From: Eledone cirrhosa
Taxonomy: Eukaryota
Length of the DNA: 64,000 nt
Direction: 5' to 3'
Assembly (NCBI GenBank): GCA_964016885.1
Contig: OZ024740.1
Location: 370,574,001-370,638,000, forward strand
Part shown: in pieces, positions 1 through 15,742 of the stretch
Layout: each line of letters begins with the position of its first letter
Numbering within the stretch: position 1 is the first letter of the stretch
The notes under the pieces: model-generated
Database searches by the model: none
Told to the model about the DNA's origin: nothing
What the model saw: the letters and a program-made list of their open reading frames with translations, nothing else
Translations under genes and position numbers: made by a program

Positions 1-124
1 ACATACATATATATACGCACATACACACACACATATATGCACATACACACACACACATATATATATATATACACACACACACACATATATATACATACAC
101 ATACATCCAGATACACACATACAT

Positions 125-160
<36 letters not shown>

Positions 161-377
161 GCGTACATACATATATATACACACATATACATACACATAT
201 ATATACACACACCCACACATACATACACACACACATATATACATACACACATACAAACACACACACACACACACATATATACACATACACACACATATAT
301 ATACACACACACACATATATATATACACATACGCATACATCCAGATACACACACACGCAATACATACATCCACATGC

Positions 378-408
<31 letters not shown>

Positions 409-480
409 TATACACATACATACACCCACACACAGAGAAATGGCCTCCAAATATATATATATACATACATACACATATAT
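1..480. repeat. Degenerate (CA)n/(TA)n microsatellite
   Basis: Directly visible dinucleotide repeats; the His/Thr/Tyr/Ile ORFs here are artefacts. Confidence 0.95.
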
Positions 481-730
481 TGTTTCCATAATATAAGAAG
501 TTAGGGCAGTGAAATTAAAATACAAGTCATTCTGATCACATTGAGTTCTTCATGTAGATTGGGCCCCGCAACCGACAGTGGTGAATTCTGTGTGCGCATA
601 TATATATAGATATATGTGTGTGCACGTGCAGGGTTTAACATGGATGTGTTGGTCACACAAAGGCATGGTCTGTCAACGAATAAACCTGATTCTACAGAAT
701 TGGTCTCTGGTCTTTAATAGTGGTGATAAT

Positions 731-1901
<1,171 letters not shown>

Positions 1902-1917
1902 GAGAAATATAGAAGAT

Positions 1918-2306
1918 TATATTAATAAGAGGAATTCCAACTTTGTCTGATTTACTCGTTTTATTTACAATCCTTTAAAATTTATAATGGTATTATAATG
2001 AAATAGTATGATAGAATATTAAATTCTAAGTGTTAATTGAACAAGTACTTTCATGCTTCGCAATCTTCAGGTTCATAATATGTGGTGACATTCAAGTTTG
2101 CAATTTTCAACTGTTGAAAATTGCAAACTTGACTGTCACCACATATTATGAACCTGAAGATTGCGAAAGCATGAAAGTACTTGTTCAATTAACACTTAGA
2201 ATTTAATATTCTATCATACTATTTCATTATAATACCATTATAAATTTTAAAGGATTGTAAATAAAACGAGTAAATCAGACAAAGTTGGAATTCCTCTTAT
2301 TAATAT
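1918..2306. repeat. Near-perfect palindrome of about 390 bp (fold-back hammerhead element)
   Basis: Centre at about 2112 (caattttcaac t gttgaaaattg); arms are reverse complements; flanked by (GA)n and (TA)n. Confidence 0.9.
2149..2187 (+). ncRNA. Minimal hammerhead ribozyme (mirror copy at 2038-2075 on minus strand)
   Basis: tgaac CTGAAGA ttgc-gaaa-gcat GAAA gtac TT gttca. Confidence 0.8.
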
Positions 2307-2464
2307 ATATATATATATATATTTAAAGGTTAAATAAGGTTCAATGAATAAATCAAAGAATGAGTTTTACAATAGATTGGAAGCACTCAACAAGTTTGGT
2401 TTTCCGGAGTTATTAATATTAACTCAAAATATTAACAAAATAGATATTCTTGTGATCAAGTATA

Positions 2465-2527
2465 TTTTATTATACATATTTCAGAGGTACTGAGTTAACT
2501 TCAACAGTACGTCCTCATCAAATAAAA
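2465..2527 (-). ncRNA. Hammerhead ribozyme, family B, with C3U mutation (probably inactive)
   Basis: Minus: ttttat TTGATGA ggacgtactg...cagtacctct GAAA tatgta TA ataaaa; homologous to 7268-7329. Confidence 0.6.
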
Positions 2528-3840
2528 TAAGATGATGCATGACATACCCTGACATAGTAGATGGTTAAGATTCAGTCATGGTAGTGAGTAATATATGACA
2601 AAACTCAATATTTATATACCTTAATATTGAAAACATGAAAAAAACTACATATAATACATATAATAGAGAGCGTGCGTGTGAGAAATCTTTAAAAATACAT
2701 GGCAGCAATATAACTGTTACATATTCAAATAATTTAAGTTAGTGAAGAAAGAGGAAAGAAAAGAAAGGCATTGAGGAAGAAACAGATGAGGGGATAATAT
2801 AGCTAGTAGGAGCCTAGAAAACAAAGGAGAGATGATTACAGAGAGAGAGATAAAGAGGAATAACTTATATGGTGTAATCATATAGGGAGATATTAAATTA
2901 GAACAACATTTGGGCTTAGCTTTAGGACAAAGGAAAAAATTCAATTCATTGAATTATTGAAATATCTAAAAATATTCATCAATCGGAATTTTAATTTTAA
3001 ATATAATTGGGTGTATTCATATGAAGGTTAATACCAAGTCTTTAGACAATTATCTATATATACAATATATATCCAAACATATCTGGTTGACCGTTAACAT
3101 TCAAATCATTTAATTCAAGTTAGTTCAGAGTAATGAATAATATTTTAGATTATAAAAGTTAATAAATATCTGTATTAATATTAAAATATTTAATTTCTAA
3201 AATCAAATTTATGAAATCAAATTTAAAGGATTTACAAACACGAGAAAGAAAACATAATGTTTTACAACCTCACGAAGGTAAACTTTACTAAATTTATTAT
3301 ATAATATTAAATTATTTATATTGTATTGAAAACAGTTTATATTATATAAGTTAGAAAATAATTATAGTTATAATTTTTAAAGAATTTTAAGATTAACAAA
3401 TTGAATGCCTAAAGGATCAACAGGTCATTATAATTAAACTTTAAAAAGTCTGATTATTAAATTATATATATGCGTTTATCAAAAAAATACACAAAGATTA
3501 TATTGTCTAAAGACTTAAGATGATACCTCTCAAATAGACATAACATAATACAATACAATAAATAAATTACTGAAAATATTGTTAAAATTAATGTTTTAGA
3601 TCAATTATTGTAATAGGATCATTTAATAGATATATACTATTAATATATAAGTCAAAACTTCATGAGTCCTAAGGATAAGGACTAGATGCAAAATAAAAAG
3701 TGAGGGTGTGTGGGGGAGGGCTGGGAGGGGAGGGGACAGTGAAACTAGGGAGTGTTTAGTGTTTTAGTGGTGTTAGTAGGGGATGTGTGGAGGGAGGTAG
3801 AGGGGTACGGTCGAAAGCTAAAGGATGAGGGGTGGGGAGT

Positions 3841-4030
3841 TCAGGCCGGGGGTGTGTAGGTCTGTAGGGTGAAGATAGTGTGTTGCTCGACCGTGAGGTG
3901 GGTGGTTGGGGTCTCATGGCGTTGGATCAGGCCACAGACGCTGAGATGGTGGGCGGAATGTCCAGGGGAACAGAGGTGGCGGGTGATGGGGGAACTCCCA
4001 CTGAGACGAATATCTTGGAGGTGCTCCGTG
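3841..4030 (-). pseudogene. Penelope-like GIY-YIG endonuclease C-terminal remnant (5'-truncated)
   Basis: [35 protein letters not shown]...[13 protein letters not shown] resembles the PLE GIY-YIG pattern RF.EH..DI...P+ARHF...GH.....V.GL...EQ..IF.L.T..P.GLN. Confidence 0.75.
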
Positions 4031-4100
4031 AATATATACATATATATATGCAACCGGCATACCCCCTACGGACGCATTTTCATGCAACCATACAACTATA

Positions 4101-4270
<170 letters not shown>

Positions 4271-4462
4271 GAAGAGAGAAGAAACATTTAGATATAATTA
4301 GTAATAAAATGTATCATACCTAAACTGTTCCTAGATTCCTCGACTACGTAGTTTCGTGGCATAAACAAAAACAATACATCATAAAGATATAGAGTCCCTG
4401 CGAGGTCTGCCGACTTTTCTCACGTCGTGTAGACGCGTTCTTGAAGCTAGTAAAATGAGGTA

Positions 4463-4552
4463 TCCTCTTGATAAGTCGGCAGACCTCGCAGGGACTCTAT
4501 ATCTTTATGATGTATTGTTTTTGTTTATGCCACGAAACTACGTAGTCGAGGA
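4463..4552 (+). ncRNA. Hammerhead ribozyme, U3:A8 core variant
   Basis: tcctc TTGATAA gtcggca...tgccac GAAA ctacgtag TC gagga. Confidence 0.75.
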
Positions 4553-5055
4553 ATCTAGGAACAGTTTAGGTATGATACATTTTATTACTAATTATATCTA
4601 AATGTTTCTTCTCTCTTCATAATGTATTTGTAACTCTGATACTGGTCCAGTCTAGTTCAACCGGATTGGTCTGTCCCAGTCATTCATTGAGCAACATCGG
4701 TGAGGTTGGCACCATTAACTCACGGTTGGGTGTGGATGCATTCATGTATATGTGTGTGTCCGCATGTATCTGTGTGTTTCTAAATATATTGTTCATAACT
4801 CCCTCTGGTCGAGTAATCTTTGAAGTGTGCTGACTGCTGGAAAGCAGCCATTACTCATACTTCTCGCCTCCTTCACCACCTCTTCTACGGCTTCGATATA
4901 AATACCCCCTCCGCCTCCGTGGTATTTTCTTCGGGGTTATAAGAGGCTTAGCTCTGTTTCTCGACCGTTATATCGCGTGACTATCTCCCCCTCCGCCTTT
5001 TGGGATTCTTTCTCACGTCGTGTAGACGCGTTCTTGAAGCTAGTAAAATGAGGTA

Positions 5056-5145
5056 TCCTCTTGATAAGTCGGCAGACCTCGCAGGGACTCTATATCTTTA
5101 TGATGTATTGTTTTGGTTTATGCCACGAAACTACGTAGTCGAGGA
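5056..5145 (+). ncRNA. Hammerhead ribozyme, U3:A8 core variant (tandem copy)
   Basis: Same motif as 4463-4552, 593 bp downstream. Confidence 0.75.
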
Positions 5146-5376
5146 ATCTAGGAACAGTTTAGGTATGATACATTTTATTACTAATTATATCTAAATTTTT
5201 CTTCTCTCTTCATAATGTATTTTTAACTCTGATACTGGTCCAGTCTAGTTCAACCGGATTGGTCTGTCCCAGTCATTCATTGAGCAACATCGGTGAGGTT
5301 GGCACCATTAACTCACGGTTGGGTGTGGATGCATTCATGTATATGTGTGTGTCCGCATGTATCTGTGTGTTTCTAA

Positions 5377-5486
<110 letters not shown>

Positions 5487-5686
5487 ATTATTTAGGCTTG
5501 TTGGCTCACCACCGGATAGAATTGTTCATTCCGTATGGTCAATCTTGATGCAATATTATGGAAAGTACTGAACGTAGTGCAGTTCACCCGTCTTCGTTTG
5601 TGTAGTTGGTGGTGCGAATACGGAGTTAATTATTGTGAATAAAATAACAGGAGGCTGGACTGGTGTAAATCCTCGAAAAGTTTATT

Positions 5687-5744
5687 ATACTATGATCATT
5701 TCAAAGACCGGGTTCCGTATGAATCTGGTGAAATCATCAGGTAT
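5687..5744 (-). ncRNA. Hammerhead ribozyme
   Basis: Minus: atac CTGATGA tttcaccag...ccggtcttt GAAA tgatca TA gtat. Confidence 0.75.
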
Positions 5745-6283
5745 TCGAAATATAATAAAGGAATATATAAAAATCCATGGGTCCGAAAATCGGTGACAGA
5801 GAGGACGACTGACCAGCTAGCTGTTTTCACCTCGGTCAGTCGCCCTCAAGTTATGGCTATTCGGTCTACTAATTACCATCTGGTGAAGGGGCGAAGGCTT
5901 ATAGTGTACTACCACCTCTCCGTCAGAGAAGAAAAAAAGAGAAGAAAGAAAGAAGAAAAGTCAGCGTAAGGGTCACACTACTGTAAGGCAAGAAAACGCC
6001 GCGAAAAATGTTATTCCAAAGAATCTATATTTTAACAAAGGCATATATAATGGGTGTCTATATGGTCAAATGTGTGAACAGAAAATTGGAACGTTAAGAG
6101 TTAAAGGATGAAATTAAATTAAAAGTTTTAAAAAATTAAGAGTTAGAAGAAATTTTTAAAATAATTAGAAAATTAATAGAAAATTAAAGGTTTGTGTTGC
6201 GGGATTTATTTAATGAAACTACAGAGAGAGTCTTATATGAAAAAGTTTAAGTGTATTATTGGGAATCCCTATAAGTTATCAAG

Positions 6284-6712
6284 GTGGGATATAGAGTAAA
6301 GATTAAAGCCTTCGATTGTAAATCCCAGCCAGCACCTCCTAACCACGTGTCAGCCAGTTTCGAGTGGTATCGTCTAGCGAAAGAAATGGAAATTAATTTT
6401 TCCGAGTACTCTAGGAACATGACTGCCATAGGCTTCGAGTGTGCTGGCGAGAAGTCTACCAGCTTCGACAGGCCATCGACTATACCAAACGAATACTATT
6501 AATTCACACAGGAAGGGTTTATTTACGTGCCAGTGGAGGGGGGCATGATACAGCTAACAGTTATGACTAAGTCCAGAGTTTATAGGTATGAGTATGATAT
6601 GGCGGTCAAAACAGGCGGTGCGGCGGGTCCCGGCGCAAATCCAACCGTTCCGAGTAATTTCATTTACCGAAAGAGGGGAAATTTATTTTTCCAAGCACTC
6701 AAGGAAGGCTGA
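6284..6712 (+). pseudogene. Unknown reading frame of about 140 codons (one internal stop) inside the hammerhead-bounded element
   Basis: ORFs 6284-6502 and 6527-6712 are in the same frame; non-repetitive and higher in GC than flanks; no recognised domain. Confidence 0.3.
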
Positions 6713-7009
6713 ATTTTCCGAGCGCCCGGCGCACAACCGGGAAAACCACCACATCAGTCGAAAGTGGTAAAACCCAATGAAAATAGAGTATAATTATTTT
6801 TAAGTCCCAGTTAATCCGGGTAATAAGTAGTGTGGTTCTTTGGTGGGTAGGGAACTATGAAAGGTGCATAAAGACCTGAGTAAGGAATAATAAGCAGAAA
6901 ATCACAAATAAATAAAAGCAGGATACAAAGATACATTAATAAAGTAAAAAGTAAAATACATAAATTTTGGGATCCATGGATTTTTATATATTCCTTTGTT
7001 ATATTTCGA

Positions 7010-7067
7010 ATAGCTGATGATATCACCGGATTCATACGGAACCCGGTCATTGAAATGATCATAGTAT
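7010..7067 (+). ncRNA. Hammerhead ribozyme (inverted copy of 5687-5744; stem I mismatch)
   Basis: atag CTGATGA tatcaccgg...ccggtcatt GAAA tgatca TA gtat. Confidence 0.65.
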
Positions 7068-7117
7068 AATAAACTTTTCAAGGATTTACACCAGTCCAGC
7101 CTCATGTTATTTTATTC

Positions 7118-7217
<100 letters not shown>

Positions 7218-7267
7218 CTTATTCAGAATAATAATAAATGAAGACGTTCACATAATCAAAATATATG

Positions 7268-7329
7268 TTTTATTATATATATTTCGAAGGTACTCTGCTG
7301 TTTTTTCAGTACGTCCTCGTCAGATAAAA
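7268..7329 (-). ncRNA. Hammerhead ribozyme, family B
   Basis: Minus: ttttat CTGACGA ggacgtact...agtaccttc GAAA tatata TA ataaaa. Confidence 0.75.
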
Positions 7330-8594
7330 TACATGAATTGATGTATGACATACCTCAACGGTTTTGATAGTTCAATTCCAGTATTGGCAGTGATTTATTA
7401 CAACAAATCTCAATATTTATATACCACAAATAATAACATGATAAACTTAAATTTAAAGAAGAAGATTATGTGGAGCGAGATATGGGTATATGGAGGGGGT
7501 TAATATGAGGAAATGTAAGAAGAAAATTTAAAAAAACAGATACATTCATAAATATTTAAATGAGTAAATAGAAGTATTAGGGAATAAATATATAAAAGGA
7601 AAAAGGAAGAGAGGGAGGAGAGAGAAGACGAAAGAAGAAATAACGACAAAAAAGAAAGAAAGAAATGAGGTGGATATATATAAAGACCGTTGTTTTCAAA
7701 TATTAAGTCAAATTGAGGCAACCAATTAAATAACATGAAATTTTTAATATCTTTTGTAATGTTCAAGCTAACTTATATATTATATCAAAATTAAACAATA
7801 CAAAAAAATATAAAAAGTTTTATTATTTCTAATTTACTTCCATAATTACTTATTTCCCTTTAAGGATATATATTATTAAACTGTATAAATCATGTTAAAT
7901 ATACTTTAGCCAGCTATTCGGTCGGAACAGAATTATTTACGAAGATTGTAAACAAAGTAAGATAACTCATTCAATGAACCAACATTAAAACCTCTTATAT
8001 TTACATTCATATTTTATGTATCTCTATCTTTCTATCTCTATTTCTTTCACGAAATTTATTTCATCCATAGTATTTTATCTTACCATATCATTTTCACTTC
8101 TAATATAACATACAACTAATTAACCAAATAATTAATTAATTATATAATTAATTTATTAAAATAACCAATACACACATAAATATATTTAACATTATCATAT
8201 TTATACCTTCGCATCTCTCTATATTTTAACCACTTTCAATAATCTTTATATGTTTAAATTTCTTCGCACATTTTACTTATTTATTTTCATATTTTCATAT
8301 TTTTATATTTCATATTTTGTATCATACTCAATATAATTTATTTAGTTATTCATTTATTTATTCATATATTAACATTTATTCATGTATTAACATTTATTCA
8401 TTTATTGTTGATATCCTTTTTTCTCTGATGTTGTTTCTCCTCTATCCTTTCCTATTCTCTTTCTATCTTCCCTTCTCTACATATTTTTTCTCTATATATC
8501 TTTCTCTGTTTTCATTTCTCCTTTTTCTTTTTTTTTCTTTTTCTTTTTCTTTTTCTTTTTCTTTTTCCTTTATCTTCTTTTTATTTTTCCTTTT

Positions 8595-8650
<56 letters not shown>

Positions 8651-8766
8651 TCCTTTATCTATCTCGCTTTCTTTCTTTTGTTCTCTCTCTATCTTTATTG
8701 CTAATAATATTATTGATGCTGTAATTTGAATTTGTAGATTTGCTGGTTATATATATTTTTTTTATA

Positions 8767-8878
8767 ACAGTTTCTGATGACATGATTGAGCTAGCATCGT
8801 ATTTAAAATTGAGTGGCACTGATTCTAGTGTTCAGCAATTATTAAACAACTCAATCAGAGAAACGATTGTTAGACTGT
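8767..8878 (+). ncRNA. Hammerhead ribozyme with extended stem II
   Basis: acagttt CTGATGA catgattgag...ctcaatcaga GAAA cgattg TT agactgt. Confidence 0.7.
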
Positions 8879-8932
8879 AAATAAGTTCCCCTTTTTTGTA
8901 CTGTTGACCATGTTATTCTTGACATTTTTTTC

Positions 8933-8979
<47 letters not shown>

Positions 8980-9173
8980 TAAACGGAATAGAAAATGCTG
9001 ACAAATTGTTCACAGTTGAAAAATGGTTTAATTAGGAATAAAAGAGTATTAGTGATTGTATGGGTGAGTATTCAGTTGTGGTTTTAAGTTTTTAAGTTTT
9101 TAAGTTTTTACCGGTTGCGCATTTCTAAATGCTTTTAAAAAATAATTTTGAGATAGAGTGTCCGTGCTGTTTG

Positions 9174-9295
<122 letters not shown>

Positions 9296-9381
9296 TATAT
9301 ATATACATATATATATATACATATATATACAGTATAAAAGAGAAAACACAGGTAAGCATTAAGAGAAGGATTTTATCCAGG

Positions 9382-9483
9382 TATTTACGACCGTTTCATT
9401 GGTAAGTGCAACCTTATATTGCTATACTGCAAATAGCAGCCACTCAATTATAATTGTTGTTCACAGTCCAAATTTTCAAAATA
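9382..9483 (-). ncRNA. Probable hammerhead, U3:A8 variant with extended stem II
   Basis: Minus: tatt TTGAAAA tttgg...ccaat GAAA cggtcg TA aata; shares internal aattgagtggc with the 8767 ribozyme. Confidence 0.45.
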
Positions 9484-9759
9484 GTGAGTTACTCTTGAAA
9501 TAATTCTTAATATATAGAGAAAAACATTTATTTGGAATTGTATTTACTAGTATAAAGAGAGAGGAATTAGGAGGTGAGAGGACAGACGGCATAGTATAGA
9601 GAGAGAGGAAGGGGGAAGAGGAAGGAAGTAGAATGACAAACTGAGATGGAGGGAGGGGTAGAGGTGGAAGGATTCTTTGGTCAGTTTTGATAGCAGACAT
9701 CATGTCGTGGAGTGTAGTGAGTTAAAGAGAATTAAATAGATAATAGTGGGAGGGATGGA

Positions 9760-10533
<774 letters not shown>

Positions 10534-10539
10534 ATATAG

Positions 10540-10897
<358 letters not shown>

Positions 10898-10994
10898 CAT
10901 ACATATATATATACATATATATATATACATATATATATATACATATATGTATACATATATATACATATATATATATACATATATATACATATAC

Positions 10995-11041
<47 letters not shown>

Positions 11042-11079
11042 CATATATATATGTACATATATATATATTTTTTTTTTTA

Positions 11080-11445
11080 TTATATGCTGGTTGTTTACCG
11101 ACACCTCAGTATGCAGAGTGGAGCACTCGTCGAAGTACACAGGTTGGTTTTTTTACTCCGGAGTAATGTAAAATAATTAAGTCAAATATGTAAAATTTGG
11201 CTTCGTTTATTATAAATTATAGATATACTGCTACATGTAATACGGTGACAGCCATCATTGGCTGTGACCTCTTCAGGCAATCGGAATTGGTTTGGAAGAG
11301 ACAGGTACACATGTTGTTGAAGTGTGTTTTACTCCGTCAATACTCCGATATGTCCAGCTCCTGGTTGTATTGGTTGCATTGTTATTTCTCTGAGGAACTG
11401 CAATCATATGATTCCAGTTCCTCAGAGAAATAACAACGCAACCAG
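11080..11445 (-). mobile_element. Hammerhead element family E, diverged copy (degenerate hammerhead at 11227-11281)
   Basis: Homologous to 16565-16965; CTGAAGA and stem II kept, GAAA mutated to GTAT. Confidence 0.7.
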
Positions 11446-11505
11446 GATCAAATTTTCCTATAGTCTGATTCCTGGGAATATCACCTATTTATAAAACAAA
11501 CTTTG

Positions 11506-11566
11506 TATTTTATCTGATGATCGCGTACCAAATTTTTGGTACCCTTGAAATATATATAATAGAATA
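11506..11566 (+). ncRNA. Hammerhead ribozyme, family B-like
   Basis: tattttat CTGATGA tcgcgtaccaaa-tt-tttggtaccctt GAAA tatata TA atagaata. Confidence 0.7.
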
Positions 11567-11837
11567 TATATGGTTTTATATATATAGTTTCCATTTATTA
11601 ATATCATTGATATATATATATTTAGATTTCGTTTCTGAATTTGTTTAGCAAGATTCTTTATCTGAAAACGTGTGTTGAAACCGATATTGTTATACTTTGG
11701 GAGGGTCATGTTGCCAATAAGAAATACACGCACCAGTTGCTTTTACTTCAATTTATTATAATAAATTTATAAATTTAGGAATTTATAAATTTCCGGTTGG
11801 TTGGTTGGTTCCACAACTAGATGGTTGTTTATATATT

Positions 11838-11880
11838 GTCAAAGTTCTTTCGTCACACATTCTGTGACCTCTTCAGTGAC
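11838..11880 (-). ncRNA. Minimal hammerhead ribozyme
   Basis: Minus: gtca CTGAAGA ggtcacagaatgtgtgac GAAA gaac TT tgac. Confidence 0.65.
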
Positions 11881-11960
11881 TGGAGGTTCTTTTCTATATA
11901 TATATATTATATATTAAAATAACAGATTAAAGTTTAAGCAAAGAATCGCTGCTTTCGCCC

Positions 11961-12250
11961 TAGAAAAAAAGATGAAATAGAAAATGCAACTGGAGTCTTA
12001 TTTTTGTTTAAATATATATATTTATTTGGTTCCTTTACTGGTTTCTCAGTTCTTCTGCTTTTCAAAAGTAGAGTTGAGATGGGGGGTCTGTGGTTTTTCT
12101 CAGATGTGAGAAAAACCACAGACCCTCCATCTCAACTCTACTTTTGAAAAGCAGAAGAACTGCGAAACCGGTAAAGGAACCAAATAAATATATATACATA
12201 TATTTTTAAATAAGACTCCAGTTGCATTTTCGATTTCATCTTTTTTTTCT
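11961..12250. repeat. Fold-back palindrome of about 290 bp (family D; carries only the 3' half of a hammerhead)
   Basis: Centre at about 12105; right arm contains GAAA ccgg TA; related sequence at about 9060-9180, 45740-45775 and 51220-51340. Confidence 0.8.
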
Positions 12251-12489
12251 TTATACTTTCACCCGTGTAGGACACCTCGGTTATTATTCATTTTGTAAAA
12301 AAACGTCACTTTCTAATATATATATATATATATTTATTTATTTATTTACCCTAAGTATTGAGTACTCTGGTGCGTTATGGTCCATCTGGTTCCTTACCAC
12401 AATCCCTTTGTTATATTTATTTATATATATATATGTATATATATATATTTATATATATATTATGTATATATATATTTATATATATAGAC

Positions 12490-14098
12490 CTAAGTATAGT
12501 GTTTGAAGAAAACCTGAAGATAGTTAATTTTCTAGATGTTACACTAAACCTCAATTCAGGACTTTTCCAACCCTACCACAAACCCAACGAAAATCTAAAT
12601 TATGTCAACGCAAAATCGAACCACCCTAGAATAGTCACTAACGGTATTACCAAAAGCGTCTCTAGTAGAATTTCAAGACTATCTTCCAATGAAGAGACCT
12701 TTGATAGGATCTCGAATTACTATAATAGCGCCCTGGAACGCGCGGGACATAACGAGAGAATCTCATTCAAACGTCCATTAAATAGTAGTAGCAACATTGC
12801 CTGCGATAGCTTAGGCCAAAATAGTGACACTTTAGTTAACAGCAGGCGGGATGCGAGGGAGGATCAATATAGACTTCATGTTGTATTGCCTCCTAGTCCC
12901 AATGTCGATGGTACCAAGGGAACCAATCACCCGGGTACAAACACGAGGTCTGAGCACCGTAATGCCAGCGGAAACTCTAATTGTAACCTTAATTGTAGAA
13001 CTGATAAAACAACCGTTGAATGTAAAATCGAACGAGGGCCGGGTAGAGGAAGTAGGGATAAATGTAGCAGGCTCATAGTGGATATAACCCCGGCTATCGA
13101 GGGTAATCCCAATGGCTGCACGGGTGGTACACCGCCCCGGAGGCATGGGACGATTCCGAACACAATCGGGACACTCCAGGAAACCATCGACCCACGGGCA
13201 GTTTTCAGTTATAATAGACCAGTAGCTACTTGGGAAGTAGGTAACTCCAGTATAGATAGCAAGAACAAGAGGCATCGGACCAGAAAAATCCTGTGGTATA
13301 ACCCCCCCTTACTCCACTGGCCTGACCACTAGTATAGCTAAGCTTTTCTTTAAGTCCTTAGACAAATGCTTCCCTAGATCACACTGATACTATAAAATAT
13401 TCAATAGGAATACCATTAAGCTGTCCTACTCCACAACCAGTAACATAGTTCAGAATATAGCTAAGATGAATTATAGTAGACTTAGGACAGCCCAAGGGGA
13501 GATGAGACATGACAGAATTAACGGCAGCTCTATGGATGAACGGACTCATATACGTGAGGTGAGTCGGGTCACCCCAACTCCTGGGAACTTACCTATAGAT
13601 CAGACAAGAACTGAGACCCGACCCCAGAAATACCGTGGTTCCTCTGGAACTACCCAGGCCGATAGCAGAAAGTGTAATTGCAGGAACACCGCCACTTGCC
13701 CCTTGGCTGGGAAATGCCTCACCAAAAACATAGTCTACGACTGTAACGTCTCCACTTTATATAGAACCTCCAGGTATGTTGGGGAAACTGCCACTGAATT
13801 TAAGGATAGATAGTATAATCACCGCCATACCTTTAATAGATTAGATAAAAGAAATAGCACGGTGCTTTCTGAATTAGTCTGGATGCTTAAACAACAGAAT
13901 ATAGAACACTCCTTATCCTGGTCCATAATTTGCTCAGCCCAGCCATATAACGGCAGCACTGGCGTTTGTAATTTGTGTATAGCTGAAACATTTAATATTT
14001 TTAGAGGCGGCCCCCTATTAATCAATAGGAGAGCGGACCTTTTCAGCAACTGCCAACATAGAACCTCGAAAACCTTCCGTAGGATTTTTGGAAAATAA
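12490..14098 (+). pseudogene. Naiad-type PLE polyprotein remnant: RT C-terminus/thumb, CxC..C..C linker and GIY-YIG endonuclease
   Basis: VNFLDVTLNL, PYHKPN..NYVNAKSNHP, RKILWYNPP, KIFNRNTIKLSYS, CNCRNTATCPLAGKCL, YVGETATEFKDR*YNH, CNLCIAE; frameshift near 13310 and internal stops. Confidence 0.85.
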
Positions 14099-14896
14099 CC
14101 TACCACTAACTCCTCCCTCTCTACCTTAGCCATAGAGTTCTCTCAATTAGCAAAAAACAGACACTCACACACTCAGGTAGTTAGACAGCGAAGATCGTTT
14201 GCACACTTACAAACGGTACTCGGCTTGTTTCCACAGAGTTCTCACAGCTGAGTGCATATTAGAATACCTAGTTAGTAAATAGTTAGAAAGATTACACACT
14301 CAAGTAAGACCGATTAGGCGCATTCACCATTACTTTAGGATACCCTAACCACTGAGTCCTCTCGGTTAGGATATAGCTAGGCGTATTACACACTCAGTTA
14401 AGACTAATTACGCTATCTATACATAACTCTACACACAGTATCCGGTTTCTTTAGACACTGAGTTCCCACAGTTATTACTGGTCATGTTCCTATCGATTGA
14501 ACACTACACTAGGTTTTGATCCGTGATCATCTAACCATGGAGTGCTCACGGTTACAGATTGGACAATAATACTTACACACCATTAATGAACCTACACACA
14601 TTTTCTGGGTTTTGCTATTATTTGTTATTTTATTTTACCTTTTGTGTTGGATAACACACCTCCACCACTCAAACACCTATCTTAAAAGCCCAAGGGCCCA
14701 TATGACGGGAAATCGCAAGTACGCAAGTACCCAAGTACCCAACCCTACACAGAGCCCTTTGGTGGCCTACATAGCAGTTGCTTGCACACACATATTTGGG
14801 GTCTCAGATTCTCAATGGGAGAACGGCACATACTGAGTTCGATATGAACTGACTACTTGCTCTTCACAGGGATGTATATATACCTAAACATACACT

Positions 14897-15190
14897 TTTT
14901 TGGACGATACGGATGTGTATATACCATAACATACACTATTTGGAGATACGGATGTTACAATTCAATCTATATACGTATAGCAGAACACTGAACTGAACTT
15001 ACTTGCGTGTGTATAGAGTTGCGGTTGACCCAATTTTTCCAATTCTTTTGGACGATACGGATGTATATACAATAACATACACTATTTGGAGATACGGATG
15101 TTATAATTCAATCTATACACATATAGCAGATCATTGGACTGAACTTACTTGCGTGTGTATAAGGTTGCGGTTGACCCAATTTTTCCAATT
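14897..15190 (+). repeat. Tandem duplication of about 148 bp in the PLE 3' UTR
   Basis: 14897-15044 is nearly identical to 15046-15190. Confidence 0.9.
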
Positions 15191-15668
15191 TACATCGTCA
15201 AATTGAGATTTGACCAATATAACATTTGTTGTTTTGTAAACTAACTATCGGTGAATACTATGTTGGTATATTTGTATTTTTATTTTTTCTTTAACCTCGT
15301 GTCGGTGTGTGTGTGAGTGTGTGTGTGTACTTACTCACACTAACTGTGACCGTCTATAGTTCTACAGATTTGATGCTGTGTTGGTATGTGTATATATTTT
15401 TTTTTCTTTGAACTCGCGTCATGTATGTGTGAGTGTGTGTGTACCCACTCACATTAACTGCGACCGACTGTAATTCTACAGATTTAATTGATGTCCGGCG
15501 TCTTTTACAGCTATTGGGAGATAGAGACTTCATAGTTTTATGACCCTAACTGAGGACGACAGCAGTCGCCATGTTCTGACTGCTTGATCTTCATATGAGG
15601 GACTAAACTCTGTGAGTGAACACCGTTAATTTTCTCCCTCATATCAAGGATTTGAAGACAATTCATTT

Positions 15669-15742
15669 TCACCTGACGAGGTCAGTGATAATCGATCATG
15701 GCTACACGATCCATCTATCTCTTATTGAAACATGTGTCGTGA
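15669..15742 (+). ncRNA. Hammerhead ribozyme at the 3' end (pLTR) of the Naiad-type element
   Basis: tcac CTGACGA gg... GAAA catgtg TC gtga; stem II poorly paired. Confidence 0.65.

Noticed and set aside
2700-3650. AT-rich stretch as possible degraded PLE coding sequence
   Set aside because: No convincing protein motifs recognised on either strand
13380-13395. In-frame TGA in the Naiad-type ORF as selenocysteine
   Set aside because: Not at a conserved Cys position, and the copy has other disabling mutations
14150-14560. Spaced actgag/cacactc motifs suggesting a CRISPR-like array
   Set aside because: Irregular degenerate repeats within the 3' UTR of a eukaryotic retroelement; no constant repeat-spacer structure
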